From an uncultured Actinomycetota bacterium (lineage in GTDB: Bacteria; Actinomycetota; Actinomycetes; Mycobacteriales; Jatrophihabitantaceae), in contig CAVVPY010000001.1 in the NCBI GenBank assembly GCA_963750295.1, positions 1,542,782 through 1,574,781 of the forward strand: a stretch of 32,000 bases of DNA. Reading direction: 5' to 3'. This document shows, in pieces, positions 19,078-26,994 of this stretch (position 1 is the stretch's first letter; every line of letters begins with the position of its first letter). The translations under genes were made by a program, and so were the position numbers. The notes below the pieces were generated by a model. It searched no databases. It had not been told where the DNA came from and was given only the letters and a program-made list of their open reading frames with translations.

Positions 19078-19799
19078 CGCTGATCCACCGAGTCCGGTCT
19101 GAGCGGAAGCCTTGCTGCGACGCGGAACCCGCCGCCCGCCACGGGAAGTGCGGTGCAGGTGCCGCCGAGTTCACGCGCCCGGCCGAACATGTTCTCGAGC
19201 CCTTGCCCCGTCGCCGGGACCGTCGCGGGAGTGGGTGCATCGTCGACGACGCTCAGTTGGATCGAGGTGTCATCGACGAGACACGCTACCCACGCGCGGT
19301 GGGCGTCGGCGTGCCGGAACACATTGGTCAACGCCTCACGGATGATCCAGAATGACGCGGCGGCAACGCGGGATGGCAGGCGCTCCAAGTCTCCGCGAAC
19401 GCGCAGCGCGATCAGGGGTGATCCGCCGAGCGCACGGTTCATCCGCTCGATCATCTCGGTGAGCACCGTACGAAGCGGAAGGTGGCCGGCGTCTGCGCGC
19501 GGACGTGTCTGCGGGCTCGTCGAGGACAGCTCGCGAGCGCGCCCGACGATCGCCTGGGCCTCGTGCACGGCTAGCTCGACATGGTCGCGCGCACGGACCG
19601 AATCGCGGTCGAGGACGCTGAGTGCAGCTTGCAACTGGGTGAGAACGGCGGCCGCACAAGACCCGATCTGATCGTGGACGTCGCGGCGCAGGGTGCGCAG
19701 TTCGTCGTCGTGGCTGCAGCCGCTGCCATCGGTCCAGGACGAGACCGCCTGGACGGACGTCGCAGCGTCAGGTCGTGATCCCGCCGACCGAGCGGTCAT
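19074..19799 (-). CDS. Histidine kinase, HisKA_3 + HATPase_c only (no TM or sensor domain evident)
   Basis: The H-box is LRRDVHDQIGSCAAAVLTQL. The ATPase part is SFWIIREALTNVFRHADA...GQGLENMFGRARELGGTCT. The start is set at ATG 19799 because codons between 19800 and 20012 have visibly poor GC3 (CTT, CCA, CGA, GGA, TTA, AGT, GAA...). The longest ORF reaches GTG 20012. Confidence 0.75.
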   Translation of the reverse strand: MTARSAGSRPDAATSVQAVSSWTDGSGCSHDDELRTLRRDVHDQIGSCAAAVLTQLQAALSVLDRDSVRARDHVELAVHEAQAIVGRARELSSTSPQTRPRADAGHLPLRTVLTEMIERMNRALGGSPLIALRVRGDLERLPSRVAAASFWIIREALTNVFRHADAHRAWVACLVDDTSIQLSVVDDAPTPATVPATGQGLENMFGRARELGGTCTALPVAGGGFRVAARLPLRPDSVDQR

Positions 19800-20298
19800 G
19801 GGCACGGCGTGGCTCCCACTGGCATTCGGTGACTGCACGTGTGCTTCTCCTCGACGACTGTGGTCGCGGCGGCCGGGTGGCCTGAGACTCAGACCCGCGA
19901 TCGCGGCGTTTCGTAACGGCAGCACCACCCATCCGATCGAGCGGGCCACATCCAACGGTCCTCGATGCGAGACCTCCGGCTCGCACATCAGCCTCGATGG
20001 GGCAAGCGGCACTTTATACCGTTTCGCCCGTTTAGAGGGTAGATATGTTTTCGCGCTCCGACAACCCCACTCAGCTCAGTGCAAGGTGACGGCCGCGAGC
20101 GCGAGGTGTGCGAGCGGTCGGTGCACACGCGTGGACCCGCCGGCGGGCGTCCCACGTCGCCGGCCCACGACCGGGCATCGGCCCGGGACGGCTGACGAAC
20201 GAACCCGTGCGGGTGGGAAGCCGTCCCGATCCGCCCGCTTCGGTCACCGGCCCCATCCGCCCATCGAGCCTCGATCCCCCTTCTGGGACACGCGTCCG

Positions 20299-20339
20299 CG
20301 CGTTCGTCCCGGCCCGCTAGGACAGCCGGGACGAACGCG
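20299..20339. promoter_or_regulatory. Perfect 15-bp inverted repeat (hairpin or palindromic operator) in the divergent intergenic region
   Basis: CGCGTTCGTCCCGGC (20299-20313), an 11-nt spacer ccgctaggaca, then GCCGGGACGAACGCG (20325-20339). It ends 100 nt upstream of the E1-alpha start at 20439. Confidence 0.5.
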
Positions 20340-20438
20340 TCACCGGGCTTGTCGCCGCCGAAAACCCGTCGTTAAGTTCCCAACGACAACAGCACAAACC
20401 GGATGAATCGGCCCGAATGGGCCGGACGGAGGACGGCG

Positions 20439-21440
20439 ATGACCCAGACTGCGACCATCCCGGCGCCCGCGGATGACTGCTCGGCAGCCGACTACTCGCG
20501 CTGTTACGCGGTCATGACGACCATCCGCGCCTTCGAGAACGCGGTGCACGAGGCGTTCGCGACTGGCAGCGTCCCCGGTGCGGTTCATCTGTACGCGGGC
20601 CAGGAGGCTGTCGCGGCGGGCGTCTGCGACGCGCTGTCACCGGCTGACTACGTGTCCAGCACGCACCGCGGCCACGGGCACGCGATCGCCAAAGGCTGCG
20701 ACCTCGACGCGATGATGGCCGAGATCTTCGGGCGCGATGCCGGCCTGTGCCGCGGCAAGGGCGGTTCGATGCACATCGCGGACATGAGCAAGGGCATGCT
20801 CGGCGCCAACGGCGTGGCAGCCGCCGGAGCCCCGATCGCCTGCGGCGGCGCGCTGTCGGCCAAGCAGCGCGGAAGCGGCCAGGTCGCGGTCACCTTCGTC
20901 GGCGACGGCGGGGTCAACCAGGGCGCCTTCGCGGAGAGTCTCGTGCTCGCCGGCCTCTGGCAGCTCCCCGTCGTGTTCGTCGTCGAGGACAACGGCTACG
21001 CGCAGTCGACGGCGTCGGCCCACCACCTCGCGGGACGTGGCGTGTGCGCCCGAGCCGAGGCCCTCGGCATACCGGCCGAGGTCGTCGACGGCTACGACGT
21101 CGTCGCGGTCCGGGACGCTGCCGGGCGCGCGGTCGCACGTGCTCGGTCCGGCGGCGGGCCCACGCTGCTGGAATGCCGCGCCTTCCGCTTCTTCGGACAC
21201 ATGGAGGGCTGGGACGGCCAGGAGTACCGCGGCGACGGCGAGGTCGATCGGCTGCGCAACGAGCACGATCCACTACAGCTGTTCCGCGCGCGTGCCGAAC
21301 GGGAGGGCCTCGCGGACCACGGCGAACTGGATCGCGCCGACCGTCGCGCGGCCGCCGCGGTCGCGGCCGCGGTGCAGTTCGCCCGCACCGCGCCCGATCC
21401 AGACCCGTCCGAACTCGTCACCGGCGTCTACGCCGACTGA
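20439..21440 (+). CDS. TPP-dependent 2-oxoacid/acetoin dehydrogenase E1 component, alpha subunit
   Basis: FENAVHEAF..G.VPGAVHLYAGQEAVAAGV...STHRGHGHAIAKG...GKGGSMHI, with the TPP motif GDGGVNQGAFAESLVLAGLWQLPVVFVVEDNGYA. The ATG at 20439 is preceded by GGAGGA (20428-20433); ATG 20403 is the alternative. Confidence 0.85.
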   Translation: MTQTATIPAPADDCSAADYSRCYAVMTTIRAFENAVHEAFATGSVPGAVHLYAGQEAVAAGVCDALSPADYVSSTHRGHGHAIAKGCDLDAMMAEIFGRDAGLCRGKGGSMHIADMSKGMLGANGVAAAGAPIACGGALSAKQRGSGQVAVTFVGDGGVNQGAFAESLVLAGLWQLPVVFVVEDNGYAQSTASAHHLAGRGVCARAEALGIPAEVVDGYDVVAVRDAAGRAVARARSGGGPTLLECRAFRFFGHMEGWDGQEYRGDGEVDRLRNEHDPLQLFRARAEREGLADHGELDRADRRAAAAVAAAVQFARTAPDPDPSELVTGVYAD

Positions 21441-21451
21441 TCCGCGCGAGC

Positions 21452-21481
21452 CCCCACCCCACCCCATCCGATCCGATCCGA
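21452..21481. repeat. Back-to-back pentanucleotide microrepeats (CCCCA)x3 (TCCGA)x3 in the E1-alpha/E1-beta spacer
   Basis: ccccaccccaccccatccgatccgatccga, read directly at 21452-21481 and ending 8 nt before the E1-beta GTG at 21489. Confidence 0.9.
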
Positions 21482-21488
21482 AGGTTAG

Positions 21489-22571
21489 GTGACCGACGTG
21501 GCCGACTTGACTCCGGCAACCGAGCCGCTCGCGGCAGCCGCGGTGCCCACCGCACGCGAGGCACCACGGCTGATCAGTTATCTCGATGCCATCACCGAGG
21601 CGATGGCCGGCGAACTGGCCCGCGATCCGTCGGTCGTCCTGCTCGGCGAGGACAGCATCGGCGGGACCGGCTGCGACGGCCGGCTCGGCAATGCATGGGG
21701 TCCGACGAAAGGGCTTTTCGAGCAGTTTCCCGGCCGGGTGCTGGACACGCCCATCACCGAGTCCGCATTCCTGGGCGCGGCGGTCGGCGCGGCGGCGACG
21801 GGCCTTCGCCCTGTCGTCGACCTGCTGTTCGTCGACTTCGTCGGCGTCTGTTTCGACCAGCTGCTCAATCAGGCGTCGAAGTTCCGGTACATGAGCGGTG
21901 GCGTCGCGCAGGTCCCGCTCGTGGTCCGAGCGATGTGGGGCGCCGGCATGCGCCGCGGCGCGCAGCACGCCCAGGCCCTGTACCCGCTCTTCGCGCAGAT
22001 CCCTGGCCTGAAGGTGGCCGTGCCCTCGACCGCCGCGGATGCCAAGGGCCTCATGGCCACGGCGATCCGCGACGACGACCCGGTCGTGTTCCTCGAGCAC
22101 AAGATGCTCTATTTCGTCCCGGGGCCGGTCCCGGCCGGCGAGCACCTCGTCCCGTTCGGACGCGCCGACGTCAAGCGCACCGGCCGTGACTGCACGGTCG
22201 TCGCACTCGGCAAGTCCGTCCATGACGCTCTGGCCGCAGCCGAGCCGCTCGCCGCCGAGGGCATCGAGATCGAGGTCGTCGACCCGCGCACCGTCGTCCC
22301 GCTCGACACCGACGCGATCCGCACCAGCGTCGAGCGCACCGGTCGGCTCGTGGTGGTCGACGAGTCTTACCGGCGTTGCGGATTCGGGGCCGACGTCGCC
22401 GCAGTCGCCGCCGAGGAAGCCTTCCACGCGCTGACCGCGCCGGTGCGCCTCGTGACGCCGCCGCACACGCCGACCCCGTTCAGCCCGATTCTCGAGGACG
22501 CGTTCCTGCCGTCTGCAGCGGACATCGCCGCAGCAGTGCGCACGACGGTCGGCGCCGGCGTCGCGGCCTGA
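21489..22571 (+). CDS. TPP-dependent 2-oxoacid/acetoin dehydrogenase E1 component, beta subunit
   Basis: ISYLDAITEAMAGELARDPSVVLLGED...RVLDTPITESAFLGAAVGAAATGLRPVV...AQHAQALYPLFAQIPGLKVAVPSTAADAKGLM...VEIEVVDPRTVVPLD. GTG start at 21489. Confidence 0.85.
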   Translation: MTDVADLTPATEPLAAAAVPTAREAPRLISYLDAITEAMAGELARDPSVVLLGEDSIGGTGCDGRLGNAWGPTKGLFEQFPGRVLDTPITESAFLGAAVGAAATGLRPVVDLLFVDFVGVCFDQLLNQASKFRYMSGGVAQVPLVVRAMWGAGMRRGAQHAQALYPLFAQIPGLKVAVPSTAADAKGLMATAIRDDDPVVFLEHKMLYFVPGPVPAGEHLVPFGRADVKRTGRDCTVVALGKSVHDALAAAEPLAAEGIEIEVVDPRTVVPLDTDAIRTSVERTGRLVVVDESYRRCGFGADVAAVAAEEAFHALTAPVRLVTPPHTPTPFSPILEDAFLPSAADIAAAVRTTVGAGVAA

Positions 22572-22658
22572 CCCGTCGCGCCGACCGCGTGAACTCGGAA
22601 AAGCCCTCGGCCGCACCCGACAACATCCGCACCGTCCACCCGGAGAGGAAAACGCATC

Positions 22659-23054
22659 ATGATCGACCACCCGCACGTGCAGTTGATGGAGAAGGTGTAC
22701 GCAGCCTTCGGAAGCGGCGACGTCGCGACCGCCGGCAGCTACTGGACCGAGGACGCCGTCCACCACTATCCGGGACGCAACCCGTTGTCCGGAGACCACA
22801 AGGGCCTGGACGAGTCGATCGCATTCGCCAACAAGATCTTCGAACTCACCGAGGGCAAGTTGCGCATGCAGACCCTCGAGATCGGCGCGAGCGACACCCA
22901 TGCCTTCGCCATCCTCGACACGCACTACGAGCGCAAGGGACGCGTGCTCGACATGCCGTTCATCAACGTCGCCCGTATCGAGGACGGCAAGATCGCCGAG
23001 TTCTGGACCTATCCCGAGGACGTCTACGCCACCGATGAGTTCTGGAACGCCTGA
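22659..23054 (+). CDS. NTF2-like / SnoaL-like (ketosteroid-isomerase fold) protein
   Basis: 131-aa protein (LMEKVYAAFGSGDVATAGSYWTEDAVHHYPGRNPLSGDHKG...VARIEDGKIAEFWTYPED), the typical SnoaL_2/NTF2 pattern. A GGAGAGGA RBS lies upstream of the ATG. Confidence 0.7.
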   Translation: MIDHPHVQLMEKVYAAFGSGDVATAGSYWTEDAVHHYPGRNPLSGDHKGLDESIAFANKIFELTEGKLRMQTLEIGASDTHAFAILDTHYERKGRVLDMPFINVARIEDGKIAEFWTYPEDVYATDEFWNA

Positions 23055-23084
23055 GCGTTCCGGACACCGAGAGGATCCGAGATC

Positions 23085-24524
23085 ATGAGCCACATCATCG
23101 TAGTCGGCGGAAGCGTCGCCGGGCTCTCCGCGGCGGCCATGCTGGCCGACCAGGGTCACCGCGTCACGGTCCTGGAACGCGCGGCCGACCCGGGGGCGCA
23201 ATCACTCGCCGACGCGGCCGCCCGGCATCGCCCGACCGCGCCGCAGTACTCGCACTCGCACGCTTTCGCGTCGCTGTCCGGTAAGGAACTGCGCAACCGC
23301 TTGCCGGACGTCGCGCACACCCTGGCCGCGGTCGGGTGCGGTGAGGTCTTCCTCGCTGACTACCTGCCGCCGACGCTCGAGGCCTACGAGCCGCAGCCGG
23401 CCGACCGTGAGCTGCGCATGACACTGGCCCGCCGCTCGACCTTCGAACTGGTGCTCCGCGAACGCGCACTGGCGCGTTCCGGCGTCGAACATGTCAGCAA
23501 CGTGCGCGTCGTCTCGCTGCTCACCGACGCCGAGCATCCGGTGCGGGTCGTCGGCGTGACCGCCGCCGACGGCCGGAGTTGGTCGGGCGACCTGGTCGTG
23601 GACGCGACCGGCCGCCGGACCAACGGAGCCGACTGGCTGGCCCGGGCCGGCCTGCCGGCGCCGCAGACCGAGTCGAGCAGTAGCCGGATCGTCTACTACA
23701 CGCGCCACTACCAGCAGCTCAGCCCGCGTCCCGGTGGCCCGCTCAACCGCGGCTTCGGTGCCGGCGGCCTGTGGAACCACTACACCGCCGTGTTGTTCCG
23801 CGGTGACAACGGGAGCTTCTCGATCAGCATCGGTGTGCTGCCCACCGACGAGGCGATGCGAGCGCTCCGGGATCCCAAGGCGTTCACCGCCGCCGTCACC
23901 GCCACCCCCCTGCTCGCCGGCTGGCTCGACCCAGAGGTCTCCGCACCTACCTCGGACGTCGAGGTGATGGGCGGGCTCGACAACGCGATCATGCTTCCGC
24001 CCTCCGAGGCTCCGGTCGGCTTCCTCGCTGTCGGTGACTCCGTGTGCACGACCAACCCCGCTTACGGCCGCGGCGTCTCCCTCGCGTTGTCCGAGGCCGG
24101 TCTGCTCGCCGACGTGCTCGAAGAGTTCGGCGCCATCGATGGATTGTCGACCGCCGCCTACTGGCAGCGGGTCGAGCAACTGGTTCGACCGTGGTACGCC
24201 GAGGCCGTCACCAACGACCTGGGTCGCGCCATGCTGTGGGAAGCCACGCTGGCCGGCCGGCCCCTTGGCCGTCCGCCGCAGGGTGTGATCACCTTCGGCG
24301 CCGCGGTTGCCGCGTCCACCCGCGACCCCGAGATCTGGCGTCGCGTTGCCCGCACCATGATGATGCTCGCGCCGCCGTCCACGCTCTATGCGGACCCGGA
24401 GATCGCGGCGCGGATCGGCCGCGCCCTGGCCGGCGGACCGCCGCCGGAGCTTCCGGGCGCCACGCGCGACGAGCTGCTCGCCGCGATCGGAGACGACACC
24501 GTTCGGCTGGCCAGGTCGGCCTGA
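23085..24524 (+). CDS. FAD-dependent oxidoreductase / monooxygenase-like protein
   Basis: The N-terminal dinucleotide-binding motif is IIVVGGSVAGLSAAAMLADQGHRVTVLER. Later motifs are VVDATGRR and AVGDSVCTTNPAYGRGVS (GD motif). It is 479 aa, with a GAGAGGA RBS. Confidence 0.75.
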   Translation: MSHIIVVGGSVAGLSAAAMLADQGHRVTVLERAADPGAQSLADAAARHRPTAPQYSHSHAFASLSGKELRNRLPDVAHTLAAVGCGEVFLADYLPPTLEAYEPQPADRELRMTLARRSTFELVLRERALARSGVEHVSNVRVVSLLTDAEHPVRVVGVTAADGRSWSGDLVVDATGRRTNGADWLARAGLPAPQTESSSSRIVYYTRHYQQLSPRPGGPLNRGFGAGGLWNHYTAVLFRGDNGSFSISIGVLPTDEAMRALRDPKAFTAAVTATPLLAGWLDPEVSAPTSDVEVMGGLDNAIMLPPSEAPVGFLAVGDSVCTTNPAYGRGVSLALSEAGLLADVLEEFGAIDGLSTAAYWQRVEQLVRPWYAEAVTNDLGRAMLWEATLAGRPLGRPPQGVITFGAAVAASTRDPEIWRRVARTMMMLAPPSTLYADPEIAARIGRALAGGPPPELPGATRDELLAAIGDDTVRLARSA

Positions 24525-24526
24525 CC

Positions 24527-25225
24527 ATGACGACGCAGCCCGCTCGCGGCGCTCGGACCGCGTTCGCCGTCCCGGCGAGCACGATCGCGGCGGGCCGCGT
24601 CGCCGTACTCGGATCGACCGGAGGGACCGGCCGCGCCGTGATCGACGCGGCGCTGCGCGGCGGTCATCATGTCTCAGCCGCCGCGCGCCGTCCCGAGGAT
24701 CTCGCCGCCCGCTCCCGCCTGCGAACAGTGCGCGCGGACGTCGTCGACGGCAGCGGCGTCGACGAGGTGATCGCCGGTGCCGACGTGGTTGTCTCCGCGC
24801 TCGGGATCGGCATGCGCCGGCACGCGACCGAGGTCTACTCGCAAGGGGCGCGACACACCATCGACGCGATGCTCCGGCACAACGTCAGCCGGCTGGTGGT
24901 CATCTCGACCTCGTCGCTCGGCCCCCCGCCGCGGCGGCTGACCCTCGCTTGGTGGGTCGACCGTGGCCTGCTGCAACCACTCCTGCGCAAGCCCTACCAG
25001 GACATGCGGGCAATGGAGTCCCTGGTTCGCGAGTCCGGGCTGGCGTGGACGCTGCTCCGCGCCGCCCGGCTGACCGACGGACCGGCCGTCGGTCGCTACC
25101 GGTTGAGCGCGTCCGGACGCCTGGCCGGCGCATGGTCGATCTCGCGCGCCGACCTGGCCCACGCCGCCCTCGACCTTGCCTCCAGGGACGATGCGGCAGG
25201 TCGGACCTACGACATCGCCTACTGA
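24527..25225 (+). CDS. NAD(P)H-binding protein (atypical SDR / NmrA-like)
   Basis: The ATG at 24527 lies 2 nt after the upstream stop. RVAVLGSTGGTGRAVIDAALRGGHHVSAAARRP is a Rossmann motif. It is 232 aa. The 393-aa extension to 24044 was rejected. Confidence 0.75.
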   Translation: MTTQPARGARTAFAVPASTIAAGRVAVLGSTGGTGRAVIDAALRGGHHVSAAARRPEDLAARSRLRTVRADVVDGSGVDEVIAGADVVVSALGIGMRRHATEVYSQGARHTIDAMLRHNVSRLVVISTSSLGPPPRRLTLAWWVDRGLLQPLLRKPYQDMRAMESLVRESGLAWTLLRAARLTDGPAVGRYRLSASGRLAGAWSISRADLAHAALDLASRDDAAGRTYDIAY

Positions 25226-25262
25226 TGTCGCTCGGCAGTCCCCCACTGTGAAAGGACCCGGC

Positions 25263-25499
25263 ATGACCACACACCTCAACGGCTCCGCCATCGGGTCGAC
25301 ACTGTCCTCGTACGCGGCGCGGCTCGCGTTGTTCGTCATCGACAGCTTGGCCTACTGCGGCTTCGCGATGACAGGACTGCCCCCGGGGCAACTCGAGGGC
25401 TACCTGCCGCGATGGCGCGCGCGGGCGCACGGCCCGACGCTCACCCGGGAGATCGAGGAGTACGTGCGCGATGCGCCGGTCGGACACAGGTCCGACTAG
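25263..25499 (+). CDS. Small hypothetical protein (78 aa, one hydrophobic segment)
   Basis: The ATG at 25263 is preceded by AAAGGA. GC3 is consistently high across the ORF. The sequence is MTTHLNGSAIGSTLSSYAARLALFVIDSLAYCGFAMTG..., with no recognisable family. Confidence 0.5.
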   Translation: MTTHLNGSAIGSTLSSYAARLALFVIDSLAYCGFAMTGLPPGQLEGYLPRWRARAHGPTLTREIEEYVRDAPVGHRSD

Positions 25500-25500
25500 G

Positions 25501-26238
25501 TCAGCGCACGTGCCGAACGTCGCCGGCGCTGACCTCGCGGGGGCCGTCCCCGGTCTCGATCACCAACATCCCGGATCCAGAAATCGCCGACGCCTTCCCG
25601 TGCAACTCACCGTCGGCCGACTCGACGACAATCACGCGGCCGATCGTGGCGCACCGTGACCGGTAGGTCTCGAGCAACCCCGAACCTGCGGCGTCCCCGC
25701 CGGCATCGATCAGGGCGTCGTACTGGCGTGCCAGCGCCGCCAGCACATCGGAAAGTAACCCGTCGGCATCCGTATCGCCGGCTCCGGCGATTGCCAGCGA
25801 TGTCGAATCGCGCACCGGCAGTTGCTGCGCCGTCTGGGTGACGTTGACGCCGACGCCGACGACCACCGCGTCGCCGCGCGCCTCGGTAAGGACGCCCGCG
25901 ATCTTGGCGTCGCCGACGAGCACGTCGTTGGGCCATTTCACGGCGACCATTGCCACGCGCGCGTCGAGCGCCTCGGTCACGGCCAGGCCCGCCAGCGGCG
26001 TGAGCCAGGCCCACGCCGAGGTGGGAAGCGGCGGCCGCAACCGGATGGAGAACAGCAGCGACGAACGGGCGGGAGCCTCCCAGCTGCGGTCGAAGCGTCC
26101 GCGCCCGGCCGTCTGGTGAGCGGCGACGAGGACCTCGCCGGCAGAGCCGCCGACGTCGGCGAGCAGATCGGAGTTGGTCGAGGCGGTCTCGTCGACCCGC
26201 CGCAGCGGGCCGAGGCTGGGTGGCAGGACCACGGTCAT
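25501..26238 (-). CDS. birA: Biotin--[acetyl-CoA-carboxylase] ligase (group I BirA, no N-terminal HTH)
   Basis: DETASTNSDLL...VLVAAHQTAGRGRFDRSWEAP (GRGRxxRxW)...AVKWPNDVLVGDAKIAGVLTE (KWPND)...VVGVGVNV. 245 aa. Confidence 0.85.
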   Translation of the reverse strand: MTVVLPPSLGPLRRVDETASTNSDLLADVGGSAGEVLVAAHQTAGRGRFDRSWEAPARSSLLFSIRLRPPLPTSAWAWLTPLAGLAVTEALDARVAMVAVKWPNDVLVGDAKIAGVLTEARGDAVVVGVGVNVTQTAQQLPVRDSTSLAIAGAGDTDADGLLSDVLAALARQYDALIDAGGDAAGSGLLETYRSRCATIGRVIVVESADGELHGKASAISGSGMLVIETGDGPREVSAGDVRHVR

Positions 26239-26248
26239 GGTTCTCAGG

Positions 26249-26929
26249 CTAACGAGCGCGGACGCGTGGCGGCACCCATCGGGCGGCGTGGGCGACGGAC
26301 AGGACGAGCCCGTCGCAGACCTGCCAGCGGCCCGGGACGCCGTCGCGTAGCCGTCGCGGCGGCGTCGTGCCGGCGGCGAAGTCGACGAGGAACGTCTCGC
26401 CAGGGCCGAGGTCCACTCGCATGTCGGCGATCCCCAGCACCCGGCCGGTCACCGGATGCCACACCTTGAACGCTGCTTCGCGACAGCCCCACAACACGGT
26501 CGCTGCCAGGCCCGGGTCGACGCCCCCACGGACGAGGGCCGCTCGAGCGTTCCCGCGCTCGTCGGCGTCCAGGCGCGCGTCGACCGCCGCGGGCAAGGCG
26601 ATCGCCGGCGTCGCGTCAATCCCGATCGTGCCGACCTCCGCGCGCCGGCCGACAGCTGCGGCCACGAACCCCTCGCAGTGGGTGATGCTGCCCGTCGTGC
26701 CTGGCGGCCACTGCGGGCTGCGGTCTGCGGCGCGGCCGACCGTCCGCTGCGCGACACCGAGCCGTGCGAGGGCCTGCGCGGCGCACGCACGTCCTGCCTC
26801 GAACTCTGCGCGGCGCTTCGACGTCGCCCGCTCCAGTCCGTTCGGACCAGCGTCGGCGACCGGGAGGTCGAGGTGGGCGCGACGCTCGACGGCGACCACA
26901 CCGGGTGGCAACAGGCCGTCGAGCAGCAC
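26249..26929 (-). CDS. 4'-phosphopantetheinyl transferase (Sfp/EntD type)
   Basis: KRRAEFEAGRACAAQALARLG, PQWPPGTTGSITHCEGFVAAAV, IGIDATP and VLWGCREAAFKV correspond to the EntD/Sfp-type motifs. The GTG start at 26929 is uncertain. Confidence 0.8.
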   Translation of the reverse strand: MLLDGLLPPGVVAVERRAHLDLPVADAGPNGLERATSKRRAEFEAGRACAAQALARLGVAQRTVGRAADRSPQWPPGTTGSITHCEGFVAAAVGRRAEVGTIGIDATPAIALPAAVDARLDADERGNARAALVRGGVDPGLAATVLWGCREAAFKVWHPVTGRVLGIADMRVDLGPGETFLVDFAAGTTPPRRLRDGVPGRWQVCDGLVLSVAHAARWVPPRVRAR

Positions 26930-26994
26930 GTGGACGCTCCCCGTCTCGAGCCGGGCCGCGGCGCTTCGGTGTCCGCGACCGCACGGTCATCCGG

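Noticed and set aside
19800-20012. Longest-ORF start (GTG 20012) for the histidine kinase
   Set aside because: Codons in this stretch show poor third-position GC compared with the rest of the gene, and they encode no TM or sensor features. It is kept only as an alternative start.
21273-23201. 642-aa minus-strand ORF
   Set aside because: It is antisense to E1-beta, the NTF2-like gene and the start of the FAD oxidoreductase. It has no recognisable domains and is a shadow ORF.
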